A stretch of DNA of 64,000 nucleotides, taken from the NCBI RefSeq assembly GCF_964204645.1, contig NC_134027.1:18004560-18068559 (forward strand). The letters are read 5' to 3'. The notes under the pieces were generated by a model that saw nothing but the letters and a program-made list of their open reading frames with translations, did no database searches and was not told the origin of the DNA. The stretch's first letter is position 1. Each line of letters begins with the position of its first letter. The stretch comes from Tubulanus polymorphus (taxonomy: Eukaryota; Animalia; Nemertea). The position numbers and the translations under genes were made by a program. Shown in pieces: positions 10,498-22,700 of the stretch.

Positions 10498-11625
10498 TTA
10501 TATATTTTTAATTTTACTTGATAATATCCATTCATTAAATTTATCTGGCCAACCAATCCATTTTACTAAAGAATATTTTTTTATTTTAACAGTTTTTGTT
10601 TTTAGTACTTTTTCAATTTTATATTTTTGTTCTAGATTTTCAATAGTTAAACTTAATTCTTCTTCATAAAAATACCCATCAACTTCTTCACCATCTAAAT
10701 CTTCTAATTTATAGACATATGGTTTTGTTGTTATTACTTTTTTTATTTGATATATTTCTCTAGTAAAATTACGATCGTATCCTTTATCAAATATCTTTTT
10801 ATATTTAGAAATTTTAACATTTTGACCAACTTTAAATTTAGGTTCACCAAAATCATCTACAAGAAATGCCCCATACAAATTATTCCAAACAATTTCAGCA
10901 TTTTCAGGTTTTCTAGCATCAATAGGTTTCATTTCAAAAGAAGAATGATAAGAATTGTTATAACCATTTATCAATTTTGGTAAAACATCAATCCATTTAT
11001 AAGTATTATTTGCTGTGAAATATTTTGACATTCTTGTTCTCAATGTTCTATTAAATCGTTCAACAACTGCTGCTTTTTTATCCGATTTTGTTGAAAAATA
11101 TTTAATATTATGAAAATCTAAGAGTCCATGAACCAATGAATTATCAAATTCTTTTCCATCATCAAATTGAATTTTTTCTGGTTTTAGTTTACCACCTGAA
11201 AGAAATGTTCTTAAAACATTTGATGTTTGTACAGCATCTTTTCTATAAAGTGGGAAGCTCCATACATAACGACTAAAAATATCAATTATATTCAATATCC
11301 ACCAATAATCAAAATTATCTTTTTAAAGATTTTTTATATCAATTAAATCTCCTTGCCACTGTTGATCTACATAACTTACCATAGTTTTACGAGTTTTATA
11401 TTTTCTAACAATTTTTTTATGCGTTGTATATCTCGGTTGTTCTAACATAAATTCATTTATATCTTTATATTTAACTAAATTTTGTGGGATTATCTTATCT
11501 AATTTATCTTGTTTTACTTGACGCCATATATTTTTGGTAGAAGAATAAGCAACCGAACTCTCAGGGTTGTAATATAAATTTCTTAAATATTGTTCTTTAG
11601 TATTAGGAGTTTTTTTACCGCCCAT
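10498..11625 (-). pseudogene. DDE integrase with chromodomain, element B (one interruption)
   Basis: WQGDLID, QFDDGKEF and VERFNRT; chromodomain LVKWIGWPDKFNEW. Confidence 0.9.
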
Positions 11626-11646
11626 TTATATATAACTCCCACTCAT

Positions 11647-13107
11647 TTATTTAACAAAAAAATTAATTTTTTTATTTTTTATCATATTCACTAACCCAAA
11701 AATAATTGTACTTACAACTGTAATTAAAAATAAAATAATATCTTCAGCAGCAAAGTTAAGAATGTTCCCAGCAGATTTCAATATAAAACCAACAATTGAT
11801 GCAATAATTCCTGGTAAAGCTGCAGCAGATTTTTTAGATAGTTCCCATAAATATTTTGCTAATTTTTTTAAACCATCCTTAACTTTATCTTGTAAAGAAT
11901 TATTATCATTTGGGGTTTTATCCGGTTTATTGGGAGTACGAGTAGATTTCAGTGAATTTGATATAGCTAAACCAATTGTTGTAAATAACATAGTTACAGC
12001 TGTTAGAATTGAAAGAATTGTCATACCTTCTAGTTTAAATAATAATTTTATTCTATCTTTTAATGATATTTTAGAATCTGGTTTTATTATTAACTCTTTG
12101 AAAATAACTTTTAATCTATTGATATTATAATCATGTGATTTTAATAATAATTTAATTTCTTCTTTCTGTAATTCTATGTTATATTCTAAATCATCTTTTT
12201 CTTTTTCTAAATACGCATTTCTTTTTTTAAATTCAATTTCTTCAATAACTTTATTATCTCTATCTAATTTTAATTGTTCTATTTCTTTTATTTTATCAGT
12301 TCTATCTTTTTCCAAAGTTCTAATTTTAAAATCTCTTATACTTTTATCATGTGCAATTTTATCAGATGCAAGTCCTATACTAATAATTTCTCTAATTGCT
12401 TTATCTGAAAATATATTTAAATCTTCTAATTCTTGATCTGTTGCATCAAATAATCCATTCGGTAAAAATTTTTCAATTGGTACTTTATTTGATTTAAGTT
12501 TACTAGTTTTGGAAGTTATATTCTGTTCAGAAGTTGTTTCTGTTTCTGTTTTCTTTTTGATTATTTCAAATAATTCATTAATTCTTTGTTTAAATACGTC
12601 TATATCATTATCAGTTAATTCTTGTTTTATAACATCAGTTATTACATTACTATTACTAATTCTTTTAATTCTATCTGGATCTAAATCACTCAAAGTTGAT
12701 TTTGTTAATATTTTATTTTTATTATTTTTATAAGTGATATCAATATAATAATCACCTTTCAAATGATAATACCATTTACCATTATCTAAAAATTTTAATT
12801 GATCTGCTATATAAGGTCCAACGTCTTCATCATTTATGTTAAGTTTAGAATTTTCAATTATACGTTCTAATTTAGGTATTTTGTTTAAATTATCTAAATC
12901 TTGTTTTACCAAATCTGGGTCTAAATTTTCAGGATTTAATTGTGATTCTGCATTTTTAATATAATCAGGCATATTTAAATTATTATTATATTCTGGCTCA
13001 TTGCCGTCATTAAAACTTGTTTCACTAAAATCAGGCGGTTGTTCTTCAGTTATGCCGGGTTCATCAAAAGTATCCATTCCAATATCTTCTCCACCTTCTA
13101 AATCCAT
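11647..13107 (-). CDS. Coiled-coil protein with C-terminal hydrophobic helices
   Basis: 486 aa ORF; the C-terminal ~140 aa are nearly identical to 35086-35508. Confidence 0.75.
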   Translation of the reverse strand: MDLEGGEDIGMDTFDEPGITEEQPPDFSETSFNDGNEPEYNNNLNMPDYIKNAESQLNPENLDPDLVKQDLDNLNKIPKLERIIENSKLNINDEDVGPYIADQLKFLDNGKWYYHLKGDYYIDITYKNNKNKILTKSTLSDLDPDRIKRISNSNVITDVIKQELTDNDIDVFKQRINELFEIIKKKTETETTSEQNITSKTSKLKSNKVPIEKFLPNGLFDATDQELEDLNIFSDKAIREIISIGLASDKIAHDKSIRDFKIRTLEKDRTDKIKEIEQLKLDRDNKVIEEIEFKKRNAYLEKEKDDLEYNIELQKEEIKLLLKSHDYNINRLKVIFKELIIKPDSKISLKDRIKLLFKLEGMTILSILTAVTMLFTTIGLAISNSLKSTRTPNKPDKTPNDNNSLQDKVKDGLKKLAKYLWELSKKSAAALPGIIASIVGFILKSAGNILNFAAEDIILFLITVVSTIIFGLVNMIKNKKINFFVK

Positions 13108-13123
13108 TTATATAATAAAAAAA

Positions 13124-14518
13124 TTAAAATTTAAAATATAATATTCCTCCTATAACAATTCCTATACAAGTTATAGCTAATTTAGCATTTTCATGGGATT
13201 TATTATCATCATTTCGTTTAATTATTTCATGTTGAATATCACCGTGTGGGCGCCGCACGGCACCATTTTCTGTAGTATTATAATCCGGTTTAGAATCATT
13301 ATTTAATTTAATATTCTTAGTTTTAGTTTCTGTTGATTGAATATGTTTTTTAATTTTTTCACCTTCCATTAATTTTGGAGCAGTAATAATCTTTTTTATT
13401 TATATCATTTAATCCAAATTAATTATTTATTGTTGCAGTTTTAATTAGATTATTATAACCAATTATATTTCCCATCTTTAATACTAAATCATTAGAAATA
13501 ATAAATAGATTAGGGCCTATACAATAATTGAATCTAATATGTGATTTATCTAAATTATTTTGATATCTTGCAATGTTTTCTGGAATCGATCTATTTTTAT
13601 CATTATGAATGGAATCTTCAAATAAAACTTTAAATTGTTTTTGTGTATCAAATGATGTATTTAAATTTCCAATTATTGGGGATCTTGTTTCAACTTGCGC
13701 ACCTAAAATACATATCAAATAAATTCTAATAGATTGACTTATTCTTTGTATACCAGCTTTAGTAAAACCTTCGCTATTTTCTAAAATGAAATAAACCCCA
13801 CCATTATTATTTTCTTGTTTTAAATTATCATAGAATTTCGGTAATTTATTGAAATTTAGTGTTTCTAAATCCTTTTTTCTATTTTACCATAACCTAATTT
13901 ATTATTATAGATATTATAAAAAGTATTAGATGGTATGGGAAGTGTACAATATGCTGCAACATTTTCGGGGCAAGGAAATGATCTTATTGTTCCAATTTTT
14001 GTTCTAAAATCAGAATTATTTATATCTATATTAAATTCATTACAAATTTTATAAAACTTTGATAAATTTATGTTATTATCTAATTCTTTAAAACATCTAG
14101 ATCCTGGTAAAGGCTCTAATTCATTTATTATTAATCTTATTTGAAAGTATGTATGAAATCTAAATAAACTTTGAATTAATTTATATTTAGAATTATTCAA
14201 ATGATCATTCCAACTAATTCCACACCCTGTTGTTGCGCAATAAACAGCAAAATTTAATTGGTTCTGCCAATATTTTATATTAGATTTTAATAACCATTGT
14301 TTTTCATCTTTCAATTTTTTAAAATTAATTAAATATACATGAAATATATTTTCCATCTTTGCATTAAAATTACTAGTTTCAGTAACATAAATATCTAAAT
14401 TAATTAATGAATTTAAAACTTCATTTCTATATGAAATATCTTTATTAAAATCTATTGCAGGAATATTATATTTAATTGATTTATTATATTGGAAAGCTTT
14501 TGGAAAACTATCTACCAT
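13124..14518 (-). pseudogene. Conserved Maverick protein (YWQNQLNFAVYCATTGCG family), fragmented
   Basis: Three collinear ORF pieces homologous to 36584-37874 and 59760-60641. Confidence 0.7.
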
Positions 14519-14713
14519 TTATATAATAAAAAAATTAATAATTTATTAATTCTTTTAATAATTTTCAGGTTTTCTAGAATCAATAGGTTTCATTTCAAAA
14601 GAAGAATGATAAGAATTGTTATAACCATTTATTAATTTTGGTAAAACATCAATCCATTTATAAGTATTATTTGCTGTGAAATATTTTGACATTCTTGTTC
14701 TCAATGTTCTCAT

Positions 14714-14935
14714 TTATATAGGATGAAAATATCTTTGTTTTTCCAAATAATCAATAGTTAAATTAGATAAAGTAACTGCTAACGTTAATTTTAAGATATC
14801 ATTTATATCAAATCTATCAACATTAACACTTACCATTTTAAATACTTTTTTTAATACCATTGAATAACCAACAGTTCCAACTGATAGTAAGGCTCCATTA
14901 CATAAACCAGTTATTATCCACTTATTATCACTCAT
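14714..14935 (-). CDS. Small hydrophobic Maverick protein
   Basis: Homologs at ~38787-39014 and ~62460-62696. Confidence 0.6.
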   Translation of the reverse strand: MSDNKWIITGLCNGALLSVGTVGYSMVLKKVFKMVSVNVDRFDINDILKLTLAVTLSNLTIDYLEKQRYFHPI

Positions 14936-14938
14936 TTA

Positions 14939-15292
14939 TTAATCAAAAAAATTACTATCATCAAAATATTTAGTTATCTTAGTGATGATTAATTCAACAT
15001 TTATAATATTATTAGTTTCATTTTCATATATTTCAGTTATCATTTTTTTAATATCATCGATGATAAAATCTTCATCTAATTCATAAAATCTTAAAGATTC
15101 TCTAATTAAATTATTAATCTTTTCTACATTAAAAGTTTCTTTATCTATTGTTTTTTCATACTCAAATGTTAGTTCATTAGAAAATGCAATATTTTTAATA
15201 TGTGTAATTACATCAGTAATATCAAATTTCATTTCTTTCTCACGTTTAAAATCAAATCCAAAACATATGCTCGGTCCAACAGTTATATTCAT
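14939..15292 (-). CDS. Maverick hypothetical protein (MNITVGPS family)
   Basis: Homologs at 39015-39371 and 62705-63040. Confidence 0.7.
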   Translation of the reverse strand: MNITVGPSICFGFDFKREKEMKFDITDVITHIKNIAFSNELTFEYEKTIDKETFNVEKINNLIRESLRFYELDEDFIIDDIKKMITEIYENETNNIINVELIITKITKYFDDSNFFD

Positions 15293-15308
15293 TTATATAA
15301 CAAAAAAA

Positions 15309-16094
15309 TTACTCTTTACATCTTATAACTAATTCATAAATTACAGGAAAGTTATTCAAATCAATTAAGTAACCATTGTGATTTCTTATTTCTAACTTAT
15401 AATTTTTAAATCGTGAAATACAAGGTTTAAAATCACATTCTGTTAAATTATAATTTATTTGCGTTCCAAATTGTTTAACATTTTTTAATGGTAAAATATT
15501 CAATATACTAGAATTACGAGTTATATCTTTAGTTGCTTCAAATGTCTTTGTAGGATCAATTTAATTACAATAAATATAAAAGTGTGTAAAAGGCATTATA
15601 TTTGATCTACCTTCTGTGCTTGCTCTAATAATCATTTTATCTGGAGGAATTCCTAACAGTTAAGCTAAGGGTTTTTTAACCACGAAAGCAAATTTTTTTA
15701 TCCCTAAATCATTTTTAATTTCATCATTTAACTTTATTTTAATTTTATTAGAACTCTCACTTTTTATGAATTTAATATTAAATTTGGAATCACCTCTAAT
15801 TTGTATTCGTGCTTTTCTATTAATTTCTTGAGCTAATGTTTCTAAATTATATAATCCTGGTGTTAGCATAAGTTAAACCCATTTATGATTATTCTTATTA
15901 AAAATTAAAAAGGCTCTATGTTCATCAGTTTTATCTGATACATTATAAAAAGAGTTACATAAACTTATATTTACTAATTTCAAATCTACACAATTTTTAA
16001 ATTCTCTATCTAATTGTACTAATAAATTATGTGATTTATCATTTGTAAGTCTTCTAGAATCAACAAATATTCTATATTCTTTTAATTCTACCAT
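15309..16094 (-). pseudogene. Minor capsid (penton-like) protein, fragmented
   Basis: Homolog of 39388-40146. Confidence 0.65.
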
Positions 16095-16158
16095 TATTTA
16101 TAACATAAAAAAATTACCGCTCATCACTAAAAATTTTAATAAAATTTTTCCTTAATGA

Positions 16159-17187
16159 ATGGATGAGAAGATAGGATGTGAAATTTGTGGTGAACTTCTA
16201 AGAAAAAGTAATATGGCTCGACATATGAAAAAACATGATGAAAATTATAAACCCCCTAAACTAAACTGCCAAAATTGTAATAAATTATTCTCAAGAAATT
16301 ATGTTAAAAAACATTCAGAGAAGTGTAAAGTTAATGGCGCAACGGCTAATGTTGATAGTAATGAAAGTAATAGTATTTCTGTTGAAGTTGAACCTGAAGT
16401 TATTTGGAAAAGACCTTTCTTATTCTATGATAAGAATAATATGAAAGATCATTTCTGCGAGCCTTGTCGAATAAAATATAGTCCTGAAAATATAGAAGCT
16501 TGGGAGAATCATCAATTTCGCAAAATACATATAGATAAAATTTCTAATAAATTTGAAACTGAATTCAATGAAAGAAAAAATAAAATATTAGAAAAAATAA
16601 AATATGAGAAAACGTTGCCTGATAATGAAGAAACACTTAAAAAGTTGGAAAAACAATATAATGAATTATTACGAAAAACATATTATTGTGAATATTGTAA
16701 ATTGATTATTACAACAAGTAATTCAAATCTACATAATAAAACAATAAAACATAAAGAAAACGTAAGTAAATACCAAGAGCTTAATGAAGATCTATTACCA
16801 AGAAATTATAAACAAAAATGCCCACAATATATCTATGCGACCTTAAGACAAGAAGGTACTGTGATATTTTGTGTTGTATGTGGATGGCAAAGGAATTTAT
16901 GGGGTGAAGAAAAAACTAGAGATTTTCTCATAGAACCAAAATTAAATTATCTCGATGAAATTTTTAAAATATTTTCTATAGAAGATCATACACCAGAATA
17001 TATGCAATGGCTTGAAAAAATGAAAATGGTAGAAAATAAAAATGGTGAAATAACTCAAAAAGATATTATAAAAAGAATTATTCCATCAACATTTAACACA
17101 AAACAAAAGAAAATGTATTTATATTTATTATCTAACGATTATTATGAAAAACCTAAATTAACAGAAGAAGATATGGAAAATATATAA
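16159..17187 (+). CDS. Multi-zinc-finger protein
   Basis: CEIC...HMKKH, CQNC...HSEKC, CEPC...H..H and CEYC...H..H motifs; intact 342 aa; only in element B. Confidence 0.75.
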   Translation: MDEKIGCEICGELLRKSNMARHMKKHDENYKPPKLNCQNCNKLFSRNYVKKHSEKCKVNGATANVDSNESNSISVEVEPEVIWKRPFLFYDKNNMKDHFCEPCRIKYSPENIEAWENHQFRKIHIDKISNKFETEFNERKNKILEKIKYEKTLPDNEETLKKLEKQYNELLRKTYYCEYCKLIITTSNSNLHNKTIKHKENVSKYQELNEDLLPRNYKQKCPQYIYATLRQEGTVIFCVVCGWQRNLWGEEKTRDFLIEPKLNYLDEIFKIFSIEDHTPEYMQWLEKMKMVENKNGEITQKDIIKRIIPSTFNTKQKKMYLYLLSNDYYEKPKLTEEDMENI

Positions 17188-17483
17188 AAAAAACATTCAA
17201 ACAAATATTAGTATATCATTTGGAAAATAGAATAACAGATTCAATTAATTATGAATTCTTTTTAAATAAGATTGTTAACTATTTAAACATCGATATAATT
17301 CCATTTGATGAATTAACAAACAAAAAGAAACAAAGAGAGCGAGATGAAATGAGGTACAATATATCACATTTTTTAAATGAGAAAAAATGAAATGGAAGAA
17401 CCTAAACAAATTATACAAAAACAATTAAATGAAAAAGAAGAAACCAGTAGCGATTTCGAGTATGATGATATTGATTTTCTGTT

Positions 17484-20400
17484 TTAATAACCATAAGGTA
17501 ATGTTTTTATACCATCATCTAAAATATGCCTTTTATCATCAAATGGATTCAAACTAGTTTTTTCAACTTCATTAATGTACATCTCGTGATTTTCTGATCT
17601 TAAACAATTCATTTTATGTTTCATTACAATTGAGTTATATAAACACTTTATATAATCTTGAAATTCTCTATGTTTATCAACCACATGTTTTGTTATTCCT
17701 TTTAACTTTTTTGCTTCATGATCTTTTGTTCCGTAACTATACATTTTACTTCTTATCCCAACAAATTCAATCATTTCATCACCCCCTAATTCATCTTTAA
17801 ATTTACCAGGAATCTTTTTATTATCATTGCTAAATAGTTCATGATCTTTGGGATAATTGCTAAAATCAAAATGATGTTTCAATGTTTTAAAGTCTTTTGT
17901 TATGTAATTTGTCTTGATTTTTAGTATGTACGCATCAGTATTGAAGCAACTTAATGGAAATCCACAGTTGAATGTGCCATCTTCAGTTGAGTTTGGTTTA
18001 GATTTAATCAATCCAATATTCATATTAAAACCTAATGAATTACATAATATATTCAATCCTGATATAGCAACTTTTCCGTTCTGTGCAAAGGTTATCTTTT
18101 TATCCTTTGTAAATTTTGTAGCACCATCTGCTGCGTAGAATCTAATGAAGAACCATTTTCTTAAATTATATTTTGCCTTTAATGCATAATCTGGAACTAT
18201 CTTTTCTTTAGTTGAAGTATTACTTTTCACTATTGCATGAATATAGAATTCATCATTATATTTAATTGCAAAATCTTTAGGGTTATTCACAAGTATTCTA
18301 TAAACTGCCGTTGATTTCATATGATCCACGATTCTAAATGTTTTATGTGAATAAACTTCTTCGCAGAATTTCTTAATTCTTTCTAATAATTTCAAGTCTT
18401 GATTGCATAAATACCAACAATATTTATTACACCAAACATGATTATACACACCTGCCGAACCATCTCCCATGAAAAATCCTTTGATAAAATATTCTTTTTC
18501 ATCTAATGTTTCGGGTTCTATATTATAAATATTATCAATTATTTCATCAAATGACATATGATTCATTCTTTTGAAAAATCTTTTATGTAATAATTCGTCT
18601 CCAATTTTCATATCAGTTGGTTTTATTTCATCACCATTTCGTTTAATTAAACTATGATCTTCTGTAACATCTACAAACCCTAATTTAGTTCTAACTCTAT
18701 AGATTTTCTTATTTGTTTTATGCCTAATAATATTCTTTAATTTTTCCATCCATTTCTTGTCCAAACATCCATTAAACCATTTATTTGTATTAATTCTTTT
18801 TCACCATAAGAAATATAACGTTCATTTTGCTTTGGAATTATTTCTGAAATTCTTCTAATTAATATTTGGTTATTGTATTTTAATAATATTGGGGTGTCTG
18901 CAGTAACAGAATCAAAATATAATATTTCAATATGCTTTTCCCCAAAAAGTGGTTGTAAAACATTATAATAAAAATCATACATTAATAATTTTGATAACTT
19001 CTAAAACAGTTGAACCAATGAATATAGGTTTATTAAATTTCATTGACGTTCTTTTTAATTTAACTGCTGTTAAATAATCTTCAAATCTTTTATTTCCTAA
19101 ATGTCTAGGGCTTGATTGTAAATGTATATTTTACTAATTCAATATCATTTCTATTTCTAATATTTTCACATGTTTTACCATAAAAACTATTATTCATTAA
19201 TTTAAAAGAATCTTTTTCGAAATCTGTTTTAGATATTGTTCTCCGTTGAGTATTAAAATCTATATATTTTTCTAACCACTTCGATTTATTAAATTCAATA
19301 TATCTATGTACTTTCTTTAATTTCATTCCTTGTTTTAGATAAAATTTTAACATTCTATAATGAACAATATAATTGTATTTATTATTTTGAGTAAGTATTA
19401 ATTTTTCTGTAAAAACGTGATCTTTCGGTTTTATTTTCTTCTGGTATTCACTTAAATAACTATCATCTACGGCTAAATGTTCTGGGCAATATGGCAAGTT
19501 TCTTGTTTTAAACTTTATATTTTCGGGATATTCTAAATCAACTACAAAGAAATAACCAATTGGTGCTTCATCTTTTAAACTCGTAATTGCGCTTTCCCAA
19601 TCAGTTTTATCATCATTTTCAACTTCTGTTAATATAAAATTTTTGTATGGTTGAGGTTGCATCATTGCCCAACCATATAAATTATTGGCGTCAATATATA
19701 ATAATTTATATTCATCATTTGCTTTAAAATATCTATCTCCCATAACACCACTAATTCCACCTCTAATTGATTTTTCAAATAATAAAACCATGTCTGGTTC
19801 TTTTAATAAATCTAATTCTACATTTGTATATTTTAAACCACATTGCCCGGTTAAACCAGGACTAGAGAAGCAATAATAAGGATCAACATTAAAATGATTC
19901 AAATTAATTTCTCTAAATTTTTCAAATATATCAGCCAATATCATAACATCTGATTTTAAATATAAATCAACTAATTCACCATGATTTTTCATCTTAAAAT
20001 GGTTCCAAATATTTAATGTAGTATTAAACACTTCATCTTTCACATCTTTTAATTGATCATAAAATTGATCTTTTAATTATTCTGTTACATTAAAATCATT
20101 GTGTGTTTTATAAAATGAATAAGGAATTGCACCTTTATATCTCAATAATTTAAAATCTTGTTCATTTGGATAATAATATCGAGTTATAACAAAATCATTA
20201 TCAACTAAACTTTTTGCTAAATTATCTAATGAACTATTTAAAAATCTATAAGAATCTAAAAATCTAATGCAACCAAATTGAAATGAAATATAATTTTCAG
20301 ATGTCTTAGCTAATAGTTTAAAATCATATTCTCTTACATTTACACCATTCATAGCATTATATTCTTCTATTTCTTGATTAATTGCGCCCAATTTTCCCAA

Positions 20401-22370
20401 TAATTGTTTTATAAATAGATGGGTATCATAGCCTGATAAATTATGAAATAATATTGGTACGAAATTAACTTTCTTAGCTTGTAAATTACAATCTTCATGA
20501 GCAGCTCCACGATATTTTGAATTTAAATGATCATGATCTCTAACTTTTTTATCAAATGAATAAAAACGTTTTTCACAATAACAACAATGAGTTGCATAAT
20601 TAAAATCAATTTCATCTTCTTTTGTCATAACTATTCTTTTATTTTTGTTTAATAATTCTGCAAAATCACTTTCTAATTCAGTTATTTTATTACAAAAATC
20701 ATTAACTACATTTTCACCTCTAAAAGAAATATATTGACTTTCATATAATTGGGGATAATTTGATTTCATGTAAATTCCATAAGCAGCAGCTCTTTGATGA
20801 ACTTTTTTAATTGTGTTTATGATTGGTGGGTCTTGAATTATATCTTCATTTAGTTCATTTCCTTTATCCATTGATTTTAAAAATTGCATTTTGTTATACA
20901 TTTCTTTTCTATCTTGGTCAGTTAATTCTTTATTCAACGATTCAAAATCCCCATGAATTACAAATGGAACGATATTTTTAAATTAATGATTAGTAAATTT
21001 CAATTTATAATCTTTTTCTGTTGGCATTATTAATTTCCAAAAATCTTCATTATCTATCTTTATTATTCTTTATGTTTTAATAATGTATTCTCAGTCGTAA
21101 ATTTAGATAAACATTTTCTACATAGATAAATTTTATTATGGTGATCACTTTCTGTTCTAAAGAATAAATCAATTTGTTTTAGCCACATATAATGTTCATT
21201 TTCATCTTTTTTGTAATATAACAAATCTATAACATTTTCATCATCATAATATTCTGTTAAATATAAAGCTTCCAATGTATAATCTTTAATATTTTCGCCT
21301 TTTGTCTTTGGTAATTGCATTAATTCAAATACATTTATTTTTAAATTATTAACTTTTTCTATTTTAGGAATCATTTTTATAGTTACTGGATATTGATCAA
21401 TTTCATATAATGTTTCATATTTCCGGTAATTTGTTATTCTAAAACTATGCGTAATATCTTCTGTTGGGTGTAAACAACTTATAATCGACTACAGAAAACA
21501 TTTATTATCTTCATTTTGAACTTTTATAATTGTTTTTATATCATTTTTAAACATTTTATTACTTTTTGATGTTTTATTTCTTTTTGTATTATAAACATTT
21601 AAATCTAAATATATAATTTCATTTGATGATAAGCCAGAACCTTCGAAATATCTTTCTTCATTAAGACGTTTAAATTCATTAAATATTTTTTCTAACTTCT
21701 CTTTTATTTGTGTTTTTGAAATTATTTCTTCAGAGTGTGTTTGAATATTATAATCCATTTTATCTTCTGACTTTATAAAACTTACTTTCCCAGAGATACT
21801 AATTTTTGGATATTCAACATCTGTTATCAAATCTAGTATTTTTTCTATTATTTCATTAAATTTACTATAATCTTCTATTGTTGTGCCTTTAAAAAATCTA
21901 AATATAATAGCCGCAGGACGAATTTTACTATGTAATGTTTCTAAAATTTCAATTGTATCTTTTATTTCTAGTTATTCGATATAATTTCTAACATTTTCCA
22001 TGTAAGGTTTATTTGAAATGGATTTAGTTTTTGAAGTTGATTTTTTTCCTTGTTGAGGTTTATCATCGATTCCTAAAACATTATTACTCAAATTTTGATG
22101 GTGTTTTTGTGATTTGATATGTCTTTTATAATTCCTTTTTACTATAAATTCATTACAAACTTCACATTTTATTTCATCCACATTCATATCATCTAATCGT
22201 TCTTATCTTTCATTGGAATTTTCTGGAGTTTCAAGATCTATAACATTTTTTATATGATTTGCAGATTTTTCATGACGCGATTTTTGAGATTTATCAATGT
22301 ATTTTTTATAATATTGACAACAATATTGATTTTCATTAACATCAATTTGTTCTGTCTTATTCTCTCCCAT
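17484..22370 (-). pseudogene. Protein-primed family B DNA polymerase with intein (frameshifted)
   Basis: HNLSGYD exonuclease motif, YIDANNLYG, KLMNNSFYGK, YFD^TDA, GKFKDE; endonuclease VII-like RDHDHLN..YRGAAH..CN insert. Confidence 0.93.
17940..18910 (-). mobile_element. Intein with LAGLIDADG homing endonuclease in PolB motif C
   Basis: Starts SVTADTPILL directly after YFD; block B VTEDHSL; LAGLIDADG-like FIKGFFMGDGS and FFIRFYAADGA; ends STEDGTFNCGFPLSCFN followed by +1 Thr (TDAY). Absent from element C PolB (LYCDTDSY). Confidence 0.9.
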
Positions 22371-22700
22371 TTATAAGGGAAAAAATTAATTGTGGTGATG
22401 AGTGGGGATTACTTTCCCTTGTATATAACAAGCACGATATTTACCGTTCTCACCCAAGCCTCACAGCATCTATTTATCCGAGCACAGCTGACACGCAATC
22501 ACTGTACTACAGTAATAGCACACACGTTAATAACCGTTCTCGGTAGCACCTCGATGTATCGATCTATCCACGCGCAGCTATTGTTACGCGCACTCAATGT
22601 ATTGTGTATCACAACGCTGTTGACCGTTCTCGGCCTAGCTGTGATGAGTGGTGTCTCGACCTCTCGACCTCTGGTATGAAAGCCTACTTTTCCTAATACT
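22363..22700 (-). repeat. Right TIR of element B
   Basis: Reverse complement of 7903-8232 with an 8-bp duplication. Confidence 0.95.

Larger units (their letters stand above)
7903..22700. mobile_element. Maverick/Polinton element B, both ends present, 14.8 kb
   Basis: TIRs 7903-8232 and 22363-22700, AG...CT termini, 6-bp TSD TATATC (7897-7902 and 22701-22706); carries PolB, integrase, ATPase and minor capsid. Confidence 0.95.
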
